The translations under genes and the position numbers were made by a program. Source: Bacteroidales bacterium (lineage in GTDB: Bacteria; Bacteroidota; Bacteroidia; Bacteroidales; WCHB1-69). From it: a stretch of 60,661 nucleotides of DNA. Below, one piece after another: positions 20,286 to 30,495 of the stretch; the first letter of the stretch is position 1; the number at the start of each line of letters is the position of its first letter. Location: NCBI GenBank assembly GCA_023229985.1, contig JALNYF010000004.1:1-60661 (forward strand), written 5' to 3'. The notes under the pieces were generated by a model. The model searched no databases. It was given only the letters and a program-made list of their open reading frames with translations, and was not told the DNA's origin.

Positions 20286-21044
20286 ATGAAATTGAAATTA
20301 TGGATATGGGTTTGCTTGTTACCTTGTACCATTTTGGCTCAAAACAACAGCAAATTTGAAATATCCTACGAAAAGATCACGTTGGACGCGACACACCAAC
20401 AAAGCAATGATAAAAACATTGCTGGCTATTTTGATAGTATCAAAAAAATTAACGACGGAATGATGGGTGTTACCATCGGATATTGTAATTCTACTTTAGA
20501 GAATTTCCGCCCTGAAAGCCCGTTGTCCAACTTTCTGACAGACGCGTTACTCTCTTTTTCAGATTCAGTGGCACGTGCCCATCATCAAAAGCCGGTTGAT
20601 TTTTCCCTGCTGAACTTCGGTGGGATTCGTGGCTCTTTAAAGCAAGGTCCCATCACCGTTGGTAATATCTATAATATTTTGTTTGATAACAAAATCGTGA
20701 TCTCCTCCATTCAAGGAAGTGAAGTCATCAAACTGATTAAAAAATTTGGTGATAAAAGTTGTCCCGCATATTCCAATATAAGAATCGTTTATTACAACAA
20801 TAAACCTATTTCATATACTATCGGAGATCAACCCATCGAAGAGGATCGAATCTATCGCGTTGGCACGATAGATTTTCTCGTCTTCAGTAATGGAGACAAA
20901 ATCTTTGAAAACATCTCCCTTATCGATAGCTACAATACCAATACTTCGATGCGAGATATGGTCATCAATTATATCCAAAACAAAAAGAATATTGATGCAA
21001 AACGAGATGGAAGGGTGAATATTCAAATACAACCCCAACATTAA
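20286..21044 (+). CDS. 5'-nucleotidase C-terminal-domain protein (secreted, stand-alone)
   Basis: Signal peptide, then LSNFLTDALL...FSLLNFGGIRGSL..GPITVGNIYNILFDN, which resembles the UshA C-terminal substrate-binding domain. There is no metallophosphatase domain. Confidence 0.7.
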   Translation: MKLKLWIWVCLLPCTILAQNNSKFEISYEKITLDATHQQSNDKNIAGYFDSIKKINDGMMGVTIGYCNSTLENFRPESPLSNFLTDALLSFSDSVARAHHQKPVDFSLLNFGGIRGSLKQGPITVGNIYNILFDNKIVISSIQGSEVIKLIKKFGDKSCPAYSNIRIVYYNNKPISYTIGDQPIEEDRIYRVGTIDFLVFSNGDKIFENISLIDSYNTNTSMRDMVINYIQNKKNIDAKRDGRVNIQIQPQH

Positions 21045-21190
21045 CCTACACACAATATATTTACTGTCTATCACTCTATTTCGGATAAAAGATTCTATTT
21101 ATGACCGGAAATAAATGGCGTGTTGGCAGTTTAAACAGAATAATGCACAACTTTTTAGTTCAAATACTTCCCTATTTCAGGGATTAATTG

Positions 21191-21198
21191 TAATTTTG
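21191..21198 (+). promoter_or_regulatory. candidate -7 promoter box (TAATTTTG) for uvrA
   Basis: TAnnTTTG consensus 32 nt upstream of the ATG at 21230. Confidence 0.45.
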
Positions 21199-21229
21199 CC
21201 GCTTAATTTTTTGAAAAAGCAGACGGGAA

Positions 21230-24058
21230 ATGGATAAAAAAATAATTATAAAGGGCACAAGAGTCAACAACCTGAAAAACATAAGTGTAGAGATTCCTCA
21301 AAATCAATTGATAGTGATTACAGGCTTGTCGGGTTCAGGAAAATCATCGCTGGCTTTTGACACGTTATATGCAGAAGGACAACGTCGTTACGTAGAAAGT
21401 TTGAGTTCTTATGCTCGTCAATTTATGGGTAAAATAACCAAGCCCGATGTCGATTTCATTCAAAATATTCCGCCTGCCATCGCTATCGAACAACGTGTCA
21501 TTTCGCGTAATCCACGTTCTACGGTGGGAACGACAACCGAAATTTATGAATATTTTAAACTTCTTTATGCTCGCGTCGGCAAAACCACTTCCCCCGTCAG
21601 CGGAAAATTGGTTAAACGTGAGAATCTAAACGACGTACTTAAATTTGCACATGCCATTCCTCTTTCTGCCAAAGTATATATTGCCGCCCCTATCGTCATC
21701 GTGTCGGGAAGGACATTAACAGAACAGCTTGAAATTTTACAAAAGCAAGGTTACAGCCGACTTATTTGCAAAAAGGAGATTCTGGATATTGATACTCTTT
21801 TACAAACAAAAAAGACGACACTCACCTCCCTTTATATCTTGATAGATAGATTTAAGGCATCTAATATCATGACCGAACAAGCTCGTTTTGCGGATTCCGT
21901 GCAAACCGCTTTTAATGAAGGTAAAGGGTCATGTATGCTACAAGTTGAAGATAATGAAGATATTAAGCAGAAAATTTTCAATGATTCGATGGAAATGGAC
22001 GGCATTAAATTTGAAGAACCCTCCATCAATTTATTCAGTTTTAATAATCCTTATGGTGCATGTCCCATTTGCGGAGGCACAGGTATCGTTGATGGAATAG
22101 ATCCCGACTTGGTGATTCCCGACACCTCACTTTCCGTTTTTGAAGGAGCCGTTGCCTGCTGGCACGGTGAAAAATTAAAAGAGTGGCAGGATTATTTTAT
22201 CAAATATGCCGTAAAACAACAATTTCCGCCTCACCGCGCTATTGATGAACTGACGAAAGAAGAGTACAATTTGTTGTGGAACGGCGACCCCGACAATAAG
22301 GTTTTGGGCATTCAACAGTTTTTTGAATTTGTTGAAAAACAACGTTATAAAATTCAATATCGGGTCCTTGCTACCCGTTATCGCGGGCGTACCATCTGCC
22401 CCGATTGCCAAGGAACCCGACTACGCAAAGATGCCAATTACGTAAAAATTGGCGATAAATCCATTTCCGACCTCATCACGATGCCCATTACTGAATTGCA
22501 TAAATTCCTTTCCACATTCAAATTTAAAGATAAAAATGACGAAATAATTGGCAAAGGTATAGTCAAAGAATTGATTAACAGGCTTTCGTTCATTATGGAT
22601 GTGGGGTTAGGCTATCTGACGCTTAATCGGGCGGCACGCTCCTTGTCGGGTGGCGAATCACAGCGAATCAACTTGGCAACCTCATTAGGAAGTAGCTTGG
22701 TCGGCTCACTTTACATTTTAGATGAACCCAGTATCGGATTGCACCCACGTGATACAGAACGACTTATTCACGTTTTACAACAACTTCGCGACATTGGCAA
22801 CACCGTCGTCATTGTTGAACATGATGAAGACATTATTAAACATGCAGATTATATCATTGACATCGGTCCGGAAGCCGGACGATTAGGCGGTGAAATAGTT
22901 TTTTGCGGCACTTACCCGCAATTAATCAAAAAATCCAATAACCTGACGGCTGCCTATATTCGAGGAATGGAAGCCCCGCTAACAGATGGAAATCTGTGCA
23001 TTCAAATACCTGATATTCGCCGTAAATGGCGAAACTATATTCAAATTTTCGGTGCCAAAGAACATAATTTGAAAAATGTTAATGTAAAAATTCCCTTACA
23101 AATACTTACCGTCATCACCGGCGTAAGTGGCTCAGGAAAAAGTACCTTAATAAAAGATATTTTATATCCTGCCATCCAAAAAAAACTATCGGATACTTCT
23201 GAAAAAATGGGCAAACATTCAAAGGTCGAAGCGGATTGGAGCAAAATTTCCGAAGTAATTGTGGTGGACCAAAACCCGATAGGAAAATCCTCGCGCTCAA
23301 ACCCCGCCATATATATCAAAGCATTTGATGACATAAGAGAACTCTTTGCCAATCAACCACTTTCCAAACAACGCAATTACAAACCCGGTTTTTTCTCTTT
23401 CAATACGGTAGGCGGCAGGTGCGATGAATGTGACGGCGAAGGGGTTATTCACGTCAGTATGCAGTTTATGGCGGATGTGGACTTGGTTTGCTCCGAATGT
23501 CACGGGAAACACTATAAAGATGAAATTCTTGAAGTAAAAATTGCCGGAAAAGACATTAGCGACATTTTAGATATGACTATTAATCAGGCAATTGAGTTCT
23601 TCTCGTCGCTTAAAGAACCTAACAGATTATCCGGAAGCATCATAGCCAAATTAAGTTATTTGCAAGATGTCGGATTAGGCTATTTAAAAATGGGACAACC
23701 CTCGCAAACTCTTTCCGGTGGCGAATCGCAACGCGTGAAATTAGCGTTCTTTCTCTCCCAAGGCGATGCCAAACAAAATATACTCTTTATCTTTGACGAA
23801 CCAACAACAGGACTTCATTTTCATGATATCAATAAATTGTATAGCGCTTTTAATCAACTTATTGAGAAAGGAAACTCTATCATTGTTATTGAGCATAACC
23901 CTGAAATTATCAAATGTGCCGATTGGATAATTGACTTAGGACCGGACGGCGGAGAAGCGGGAGGGCATATCGTGTGCGAAGGGACACCGGAAGATATTGT
24001 CAAATGTAAAAAATCATATACCGGCAAAGTACTCACCGAAAAACTAAAACATAAATAA
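21230..24058 (+). CDS. uvrA: excinuclease ABC subunit A
   Basis: 942 aa with two ABC ATPase modules (GLSGSGKSSLAFDT, GVSGSGKSTL), LSGGE signatures and zinc-finger CxxC pairs. Confidence 0.97.
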   Translation: MDKKIIIKGTRVNNLKNISVEIPQNQLIVITGLSGSGKSSLAFDTLYAEGQRRYVESLSSYARQFMGKITKPDVDFIQNIPPAIAIEQRVISRNPRSTVGTTTEIYEYFKLLYARVGKTTSPVSGKLVKRENLNDVLKFAHAIPLSAKVYIAAPIVIVSGRTLTEQLEILQKQGYSRLICKKEILDIDTLLQTKKTTLTSLYILIDRFKASNIMTEQARFADSVQTAFNEGKGSCMLQVEDNEDIKQKIFNDSMEMDGIKFEEPSINLFSFNNPYGACPICGGTGIVDGIDPDLVIPDTSLSVFEGAVACWHGEKLKEWQDYFIKYAVKQQFPPHRAIDELTKEEYNLLWNGDPDNKVLGIQQFFEFVEKQRYKIQYRVLATRYRGRTICPDCQGTRLRKDANYVKIGDKSISDLITMPITELHKFLSTFKFKDKNDEIIGKGIVKELINRLSFIMDVGLGYLTLNRAARSLSGGESQRINLATSLGSSLVGSLYILDEPSIGLHPRDTERLIHVLQQLRDIGNTVVIVEHDEDIIKHADYIIDIGPEAGRLGGEIVFCGTYPQLIKKSNNLTAAYIRGMEAPLTDGNLCIQIPDIRRKWRNYIQIFGAKEHNLKNVNVKIPLQILTVITGVSGSGKSTLIKDILYPAIQKKLSDTSEKMGKHSKVEADWSKISEVIVVDQNPIGKSSRSNPAIYIKAFDDIRELFANQPLSKQRNYKPGFFSFNTVGGRCDECDGEGVIHVSMQFMADVDLVCSECHGKHYKDEILEVKIAGKDISDILDMTINQAIEFFSSLKEPNRLSGSIIAKLSYLQDVGLGYLKMGQPSQTLSGGESQRVKLAFFLSQGDAKQNILFIFDEPTTGLHFHDINKLYSAFNQLIEKGNSIIVIEHNPEIIKCADWIIDLGPDGGEAGGHIVCEGTPEDIVKCKKSYTGKVLTEKLKHK

Positions 24059-24115
24059 CTGCTCTATTTTTGAATCCATTTTGATCAAAAATTCTGCCTT
24101 TTAAAAATATTCATG

Positions 24116-24123
24116 TAAATTTG
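24116..24123 (+). promoter_or_regulatory. candidate -7 promoter box (TAAATTTG) for cysS
   Basis: TAnnTTTG consensus 47 nt upstream of the ATG at 24170. Confidence 0.45.
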
Positions 24124-24169
24124 CAGGCTTTATCGAAAAAATAAATAATTAAGCTAAAATATTGATATA

Positions 24170-25654
24170 ATGAATAATACTGATAATCAAGCAAAACTGG
24201 AGATTTTCAATACACTCTCCAAAAAGAAAGAACATTTCGTCCCAATGCACCCAAACTTGGTTGGACTTTATGTCTGTGGACCTACCGTTTATGGAGAACC
24301 TCATTTGGGACACGCCCGCCCTGCCGTGACTTTTGACCTCGTTTTCAGGTATTTACAACATATCGGCTACAAAGTGCGCTACGTCCGCAATATTACCGAT
24401 GTGGGACATTTGGAAAATGATGCAGATGAAGGCGAAGACAAAATTGCCAAAAAAGCACGCCTTGAACAGCTTGAGCCTATGGAAATTGCACAATTTTACA
24501 TTGATAGCTACCACCGCGCCATGGATGCACTCAACGTGAAACGCCCCTCCATTGAACCTCGCGCCTCCGGTCATATTATTGAACAAATGGACATGGTTAA
24601 AAGAATCTTAGATAAGGGTTTTGCCTATATCTCTAACGGTTCAGTCTATTTTGACGTGGCTAAATTTGACAAAGAATATGGATATGGCAAATTATCGGGA
24701 CGGGTCTTAGATGAACTGATTGCCAACACACGAAGTTTAGACGGACAAGAAGAAAAACATAATCCTGCCGATTTTGCCCTCTGGAAAAAAGCATCACCCG
24801 AACATATTATGCGCTGGGAATCCCCATGGAGCAACGGCTTCCCGGGCTGGCATATTGAATGTACAGCAATGAGCACCAAGTATTTAGGCGAACAATTCGA
24901 CATCCACGGCGGCGGAATGGATCTACTGTTTCCCCATCACGAATCGGAAGTTTGTCAAAGTACGGTAGCCAACGGAAAAGAATCCGTTAAATATTGGATG
25001 CACAACAACATGATTACCATTAATGGACAAAAAATGGGCAAATCGTTGGGTAACTTTATCACACTCAACGAGTTCTTTACAGGCTCACACCCGACATTGA
25101 AACAAGCCTATTCCCCCATGACCATTCGCTTCTTTGTCTTGCAAGCACATTATCGCGGAACGTTGGACTTCTCGAACGATGCCTTATTAGCAGCCGAAAA
25201 AGGAATGACCAAACTATACGCCGCCGCTGCCTTGCTCCCTAAACTCAAAGCCGGCGACCATTCAGACGAAAATATCAATGAATGGATACAAAGATGCTAT
25301 GATGCGATGAATGATGACTTCAATACCCCGAAATTAATTGCCGAATTATTCGACGCTTCACGCATGATCAATTCTATTCACGATGGAAAAATGACTGCCA
25401 CTAAAGCCGATTTAGACTTGCTTACTAACTCCTTTAATACTTTCTTTTTCAATATTTTAGGTATGAAAGAAGAATTGGCTCAAAACAACCAATCCGAATA
25501 CACCGATCAATTAATGTCCTTGATTCTTGAGATCCGTAAAGATGCAAAAGCCAATAAGAATTGGACGATCGCCGATATGATTCGCGACAAATTGAACGAT
25601 GCCGGCATTGTTTTAAAAGATACAAAAGAAGGCACCACCTACGAACTTAATTAA
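24170..25654 (+). CDS. cysS: cysteine--tRNA ligase
   Basis: Class I motifs HLGHAR (HIGH) and KMGKS (KMSKS), plus GWHIECTAM. Length is 494 aa. Confidence 0.95.
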   Translation: MNNTDNQAKLEIFNTLSKKKEHFVPMHPNLVGLYVCGPTVYGEPHLGHARPAVTFDLVFRYLQHIGYKVRYVRNITDVGHLENDADEGEDKIAKKARLEQLEPMEIAQFYIDSYHRAMDALNVKRPSIEPRASGHIIEQMDMVKRILDKGFAYISNGSVYFDVAKFDKEYGYGKLSGRVLDELIANTRSLDGQEEKHNPADFALWKKASPEHIMRWESPWSNGFPGWHIECTAMSTKYLGEQFDIHGGGMDLLFPHHESEVCQSTVANGKESVKYWMHNNMITINGQKMGKSLGNFITLNEFFTGSHPTLKQAYSPMTIRFFVLQAHYRGTLDFSNDALLAAEKGMTKLYAAAALLPKLKAGDHSDENINEWIQRCYDAMNDDFNTPKLIAELFDASRMINSIHDGKMTATKADLDLLTNSFNTFFFNILGMKEELAQNNQSEYTDQLMSLILEIRKDAKANKNWTIADMIRDKLNDAGIVLKDTKEGTTYELN

Positions 25655-25658
25655 TAAT

Positions 25659-26942
25659 ATGTTAGATAGAACCATCGCACCGCCCATTCACGACTTTGAA
25701 CCATTTGTGCTACCTCAACCTAGTTCCGTTCAACTCCCCAACGGTATCCCCTTCAAGTTGTTTATCAATCCACATCTTGATTTGATTCATTTCATCATTC
25801 GCGTAAAAGCCGGGGTCTTTTTTGAAAAACAAAAAAATGTAGCCGCATTTTGCTACTCTATTCTTTCCGAATGCCACCCCTCTTTATCCGCCAACGAGTT
25901 TGATGGAAAATTGGATTATTTCGGTGCCACTTTGAATTTATCTGTCGGATTTGAATATGTCACCATCTCATTTATCGTTCCTAAAACAAACTGCAAAAAC
26001 GCTTTTTCTTTTTTATCTGAAGTCCTTATTTCACCTTCCTTTAAAGAAGAAAGTGTAAAAAAACAGAAAGAAATTAAAATCAAAAATTGGGAATATTCAT
26101 CACTTAAAACTGATATACGCGCCAATCGTTTGATGTATAATGCTTTCTTCGGCAACGAAAAACCATACGGAAAAATCATTGAAATATCTGATATCCAATC
26201 TATTACTCCTGAATTACTGACAGAATTTTATCACGATACTTTTTCTGCACCCAATATTAAAGTGTATGCAACCGGAAATATTGACGATGAATTGGAAAAA
26301 CATATTGCTACATGTATTAGCCATTTCCCGGCTGGAAATAGATCGATGACAACCCCGCAAATTATCTTTCCCAAACTGCCACCCAAGATTGTCGATTATT
26401 GGGAAAATGCAATGCAAACTTCCTTAGTGCTGTGCCGCCCATGTTTATCTTATACCGATCAAGAGTATTTCGATTTTGAAATATTGAGCACCTTTTTAGG
26501 TGGCTATTTCGGCTCACGGCTGATGCAAAATCTTCGCGAAAAAAATGGCTACACATACAGCGTCAATTCGGCATCTTCTTATTTCGCCGACCAATCTGTG
26601 TTTTTTATCGAAACGGAGGTGAATAATGATAATGTGGATTACGCCATTGAAGCATGCTTTACGGAAATGAAAATTTTGCGGGAACAACTTGCTGATGAAG
26701 AGGAGCTCAATAACGTGAAACAATTCATTTTAGGCTCACTCATGCGCAGTATTGACGGAACTATTCAATATATGAAAAAGTATATCGGCTGGGAAGATTA
26801 CGCCATGACAGAACAATCGTTTTATGACGGAATAGCAGCGGTTCAAAAAGCCGATGTCCAATTAATTGAATCATTGGCTAACAAATATTTAAAAGAAGAA
26901 GACTTCACTACTATCGTGGTTGGGAAATACCCGTCCAAATAG
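25659..26942 (+). CDS. M16 (pitrilysin) family protein, probably the non-catalytic type
   Basis: 427 aa with the M16 fold pattern (LPNGI...; ...REKNGYTYSV...). The expected HxxEH zinc site is degenerate, reading AAFCYSILSECH. Confidence 0.7.
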   Translation: MLDRTIAPPIHDFEPFVLPQPSSVQLPNGIPFKLFINPHLDLIHFIIRVKAGVFFEKQKNVAAFCYSILSECHPSLSANEFDGKLDYFGATLNLSVGFEYVTISFIVPKTNCKNAFSFLSEVLISPSFKEESVKKQKEIKIKNWEYSSLKTDIRANRLMYNAFFGNEKPYGKIIEISDIQSITPELLTEFYHDTFSAPNIKVYATGNIDDELEKHIATCISHFPAGNRSMTTPQIIFPKLPPKIVDYWENAMQTSLVLCRPCLSYTDQEYFDFEILSTFLGGYFGSRLMQNLREKNGYTYSVNSASSYFADQSVFFIETEVNNDNVDYAIEACFTEMKILREQLADEEELNNVKQFILGSLMRSIDGTIQYMKKYIGWEDYAMTEQSFYDGIAAVQKADVQLIESLANKYLKEEDFTTIVVGKYPSK

Positions 26943-27672
26943 TCTTTATTTTGCAAAATTCTTCGTTCGTTTTCCGATCGATAATAGTAGAAAAATGGGT
27001 GTTGCAGTCTTTAATTTGCGTATAAATTTCGTAATAGTCCCCTAAATGTGCCTGACTTGTATAATTAATAATGATGGTTTTCAAATGATGCGTTTCCAAA
27101 AAATCTAATGCGTAACTATCTAATAACCAGCCCACATATCGGGTATTATTCACATGGTTGTTGGTGTCAATGTCTGAATACAGTACCTCACGCGTACAAA
27201 TGGGAGAAGCATCAGAAATAGATACTTTAGGAATTTTAAGATTCTTTTCAAATAAATCTTTGCCCTTATCCGAGCAAGGAATGATGTCACCGACAATATC
27301 GCTAACTATCTGAGGTTTAAAATTAATTGTATCCAAAATAGTCCAAAGCGAATAAGCCTTCACGATAACTTGTTGCCGTTGATTTTGAATTTCAAAACAT
27401 CGTGGCTGAATCAGATGATCGGGAGTATTAGCCCAAGTGGTAATGTCAATGGTATCATGCCAATGCGGGAACTGTTCAAATTGCAATCCCATCCGATAAA
27501 GTGTCCAAAAAGTATTTTTCTTTTGTAAATCTTCCCAAGCAACATGTTGATCTGCAGAATGTTGCTCCGCGACCTCCTGCATATAACCCAACAAATATGG
27601 AAGTCGAATATCAAATTTTTTGTCAATAAGATGTGAGCCGACTTCAAATTGTTTACTAAAAAAGGGTGTCAT
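26911..27672 (-). CDS. acyl-ACP thioesterase
   Basis: FEVGSHLIDKKFDIRLPYLLGYMQEVAEQHS...WTLYRM...DTNNHVNNTRYVGWLLD has double-hotdog FatA/B-like features. The start is set at the ATG at 27672 because a -7 box overlaps the ORF-track ATG at 27705. Confidence 0.8.
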   Translation of the reverse strand: MTPFFSKQFEVGSHLIDKKFDIRLPYLLGYMQEVAEQHSADQHVAWEDLQKKNTFWTLYRMGLQFEQFPHWHDTIDITTWANTPDHLIQPRCFEIQNQRQQVIVKAYSLWTILDTINFKPQIVSDIVGDIIPCSDKGKDLFEKNLKIPKVSISDASPICTREVLYSDIDTNNHVNNTRYVGWLLDSYALDFLETHHLKTIIINYTSQAHLGDYYEIYTQIKDCNTHFSTIIDRKTNEEFCKIKTIWTGISQPR

Positions 27673-27694
27673 AATCAAATTTTGAATTGTCTGG

Positions 27695-27702
27695 CAAAAA
27701 TA
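27695..27702 (-). promoter_or_regulatory. candidate -7 promoter box (TATTTTTG on the minus strand) for the acyl-ACP thioesterase gene
   Basis: TAnnTTTG consensus 23 nt upstream of the ATG at 27672. Confidence 0.45.
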
Positions 27703-27780
27703 CATCTTTTTTCTTGTTTATATTAATGAAAAATGAAAGATTTTTTCAGAACAACAAGACATTTTATGACCAAAATCAAT

Positions 27781-27788
27781 TACCTTTG
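27781..27788 (+). promoter_or_regulatory. candidate -7 promoter box (TACCTTTG) for hflX
   Basis: TAnnTTTG consensus 27 nt upstream of the ATG at 27815. Confidence 0.45.
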
Positions 27789-27814
27789 CAGCCGATTTTA
27801 AAGAAAAAATTTTT

Positions 27815-29011
27815 ATGACAAATCACCCACTAACTGCTGCTGTAGAAACCGAGAAAGCAGTGTTAATCAGCGTAGTATCTTCAACTTCCACCCTTGAACG
27901 CGTGAACGAATATTTGGACGAATTGGCATTCTTATTGGAGACTGCCGGCGGAATTGCCGTTAAAAAATTTGTTCAGAATTTGCCCTACCCTGACCCAAAA
28001 ACCTATTTAGGAAGCGGAAAATTAGAAGACGTTGCTACGTATATCAAAGATAATCAAATTGAACTAGCAGTTTTTGATGACGAATTAACGCCATCACAGA
28101 TTCGCAATATAGAAGGAGTATTGCAGTGCAAAGTATTGGACAGAACGCACCTTATCTTGGATATTTTTTCCAAACGCGCACAGACCGCCCACTCCAAAGT
28201 TCAAGTGGAATTAGCTCAGTATCAATACCTTCTCCCGCGCCTGACCGGTATGTGGGGACACTTGCAAAAACAACGCGGCGGTATCGGAATGAGAGGTCCC
28301 GGTGAAAAAGAAATTGAAACTGACCGGAGAATTATCCGCGAACGAATCGCCTTACTCAAAAAGAAATTAATTGACATTGACCGACAAAAACTTACGCAAC
28401 GCTCTAACCGTGAGAAATTTGTGCGTGTTGCCTTGGTCGGCTATACCAATGTCGGGAAATCTACTTTGATGAACCTGATTAGCAAATCTGACGTTTTTGC
28501 AGAAAATAAACTCTTCGCCACATTGGATACCACTGTCCGAAAAGTAGTCATCGACAATCTGCCGTTTCTCCTCTCCGATACCGTAGGTTTTATCCGCAAA
28601 CTTCCTCACAGCCTGATTGAATCCTTCAAATCAACATTGGACGAAATTCGCGAAACCGACCTCATTTTGCACGTAGTCGATATCAGTCACCCCGATTTTG
28701 AAGAGCAAATTGCCATCGTTAACCAAACATTGGCTGAAATTGATGCCGGAGATAAACCGGTCATTACCATTTTTAATAAAATCGACAACTATTCTTGGGT
28801 GGAAAAAGACCCCGACGACCTGACTCCCAAAGACAAATCGAATATTACTTTGGAAGAACTCAAACAAACTTGGATGGCAAAAATTAATCATCAAACCATC
28901 TTTATTTCTGCCAAAACAAAAGAAAATGTTGACGAAATGAAGTCTATATTATATGATGAAATTAAGAAATTGCACATTCAGATTTATCCGTATAACAATT
29001 TTTTGTACTAA
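27815..29011 (+). CDS. hflX: GTPase HflX
   Basis: HflX N-terminal domain followed by G-domain motifs GYTNVGKST, DTVGF and NKID. Confidence 0.93.
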   Translation: MTNHPLTAAVETEKAVLISVVSSTSTLERVNEYLDELAFLLETAGGIAVKKFVQNLPYPDPKTYLGSGKLEDVATYIKDNQIELAVFDDELTPSQIRNIEGVLQCKVLDRTHLILDIFSKRAQTAHSKVQVELAQYQYLLPRLTGMWGHLQKQRGGIGMRGPGEKEIETDRRIIRERIALLKKKLIDIDRQKLTQRSNREKFVRVALVGYTNVGKSTLMNLISKSDVFAENKLFATLDTTVRKVVIDNLPFLLSDTVGFIRKLPHSLIESFKSTLDEIRETDLILHVVDISHPDFEEQIAIVNQTLAEIDAGDKPVITIFNKIDNYSWVEKDPDDLTPKDKSNITLEELKQTWMAKINHQTIFISAKTKENVDEMKSILYDEIKKLHIQIYPYNNFLY

Positions 29012-29034
29012 TCAGTTAAAGTATAACTAATTCT

Positions 29035-30393
29035 ATGATAAGTAATTCCAGCATTCAGGTTAAAATTGGCAACCTCCGTCTTGGCAGCGGACTTCCCTTG
29101 ATTGTTCAATCTATGACCAATACCGACACGGCAAACATTCCTGCAACATTACAGCAAGTTCGGCAGTTGGTTTTGTCTGGCTGCCAAATGATACGCTTGA
29201 CGGTGCCTTCCCTGCGCGAGGTAGAGTGTTTACGACAAATAAAAGAAGCACTTCGCTCGGAAGGAATTGATAATCCGCTAATTGCGGATGTCCATTTCAA
29301 CCCGAAAGTGGCCGAAGAATGTGCAAAAATAGTTGAAAAAGTGCGCGTTAACCCGGGAAATTATGTTGATAAACGCAATTTCCAGCAACTCGATTTGACC
29401 GATACCGAATACCAAGAATCCTTAGAGAAAATGGCACTGCGCGCAAAACCTCTTCTGCAAATCTGCAAAGAACACGGAACCGCCATTCGTATCGGAACCA
29501 ATCATGGCTCGTTGTGCGACAGAATAGTCAGCAGATATGGCAATACACCACTTGCGATGGCAATGTCCGCAATGGAATGGGTACATATTTGCCAACAGTA
29601 TGATTTTCATAATGTTGTATTGTCAATGAAGTCAAGCAATGCACAAACGATGGTGGAAGCAACGCGCTTGTTAGCGGATAAGATGCAGGCGGAAGGAACG
29701 GTGTTCCCCTTACACTTGGGCGTAACCGAAGCCGGTGCCGGCGACGAAGGACGCGTGAAATCGGCAGTCGGAATCGGGGCTTTGCTGCTGGCAGGGATTG
29801 GAAATACCATTCGTGTTTCCCTCACCGAACCACCGGAGAATGAAATCCCTTTCGCCCAATTATTAACCACAGTTCCCAACGAAAAACAAAACGTCAACGT
29901 GCAAGTCGAAAATGGAATTCTGCATTTAACATATCATCAAGAAGACTATTACACATGGATGGCAACGGTGGCAGCTATGGCTGGTTTTGAGCATTTTACT
30001 CGTCCAATTAAAGATTTAATAATTGATAATCAATATTTTACAAAAGATCAAAATCAACGATTAGCCGATATGATTTTGCAGGCTTGTCGCGTTAAGTTTT
30101 CTCAAACCGAGTTTATCTCTTGTCCGTCTTGTGGGCGCACGCAATATGATATTCAATCTGTTTTGCAGATGGTGAAAGAACGCTTTGCGGGCTATCCAAA
30201 TCTGAAAATCGGAGTGATGGGGTGTATCGTCAATGGGCCCGGCGAAATGGCAGATGCTGATTTTGGAATCGTTGGCGCAACGCATGGCAAAGTGTCCGTA
30301 TATCTTGGTAAACAGAGGGTTACCCCGCCATTGCCGGTGGACGAAGCGCTACGAATCATGGAATCGCTGATACAATTAAAAATTAAGAATTAA
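29035..30393 (+). CDS. ispG: 4-hydroxy-3-methylbut-2-en-1-yl diphosphate synthase (IspG/GcpE)
   Basis: TIM-barrel part (VQSMTNTDT...IADVHFN...VNPGN...IGTNHGSL...LGVTEAG) and a 4Fe-4S domain (CPSCGRT...GCIVNGPGE). About 95 aa separate IRVSL from CPSC. Confidence 0.9.
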   Translation: MISNSSIQVKIGNLRLGSGLPLIVQSMTNTDTANIPATLQQVRQLVLSGCQMIRLTVPSLREVECLRQIKEALRSEGIDNPLIADVHFNPKVAEECAKIVEKVRVNPGNYVDKRNFQQLDLTDTEYQESLEKMALRAKPLLQICKEHGTAIRIGTNHGSLCDRIVSRYGNTPLAMAMSAMEWVHICQQYDFHNVVLSMKSSNAQTMVEATRLLADKMQAEGTVFPLHLGVTEAGAGDEGRVKSAVGIGALLLAGIGNTIRVSLTEPPENEIPFAQLLTTVPNEKQNVNVQVENGILHLTYHQEDYYTWMATVAAMAGFEHFTRPIKDLIIDNQYFTKDQNQRLADMILQACRVKFSQTEFISCPSCGRTQYDIQSVLQMVKERFAGYPNLKIGVMGCIVNGPGEMADADFGIVGATHGKVSVYLGKQRVTPPLPVDEALRIMESLIQLKIKN

Positions 30394-30450
30394 AAATAAC
30401 TATTCTGACAAATAATCACTAACCACTAAAAAAACGACTATGACTAATCA

Positions 30451-30490
30451 AAAAAAAGCGTTAGAAACAGACATATTTCTAACGCTTTTA
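30451..30490. terminator. bidirectional rho-independent terminator between ispG and the four-helix-bundle gene
   Basis: An 11-14 bp perfect stem (agcgttagaaa / tttctaacgct) with an 8-nt loop. An A-run lies upstream and a T-run downstream. Confidence 0.7.
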
Positions 30491-30495
30491 ATTCA

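Noticed and set aside
26911-26942. The 32-bp convergent overlap of the M16-like gene and the thioesterase gene, which might indicate a mis-assembly or frameshift.
   Set aside because: Both proteins look complete at their C-termini. Short convergent overlaps are common in compact genomes, and the same is seen at 41634-41650.
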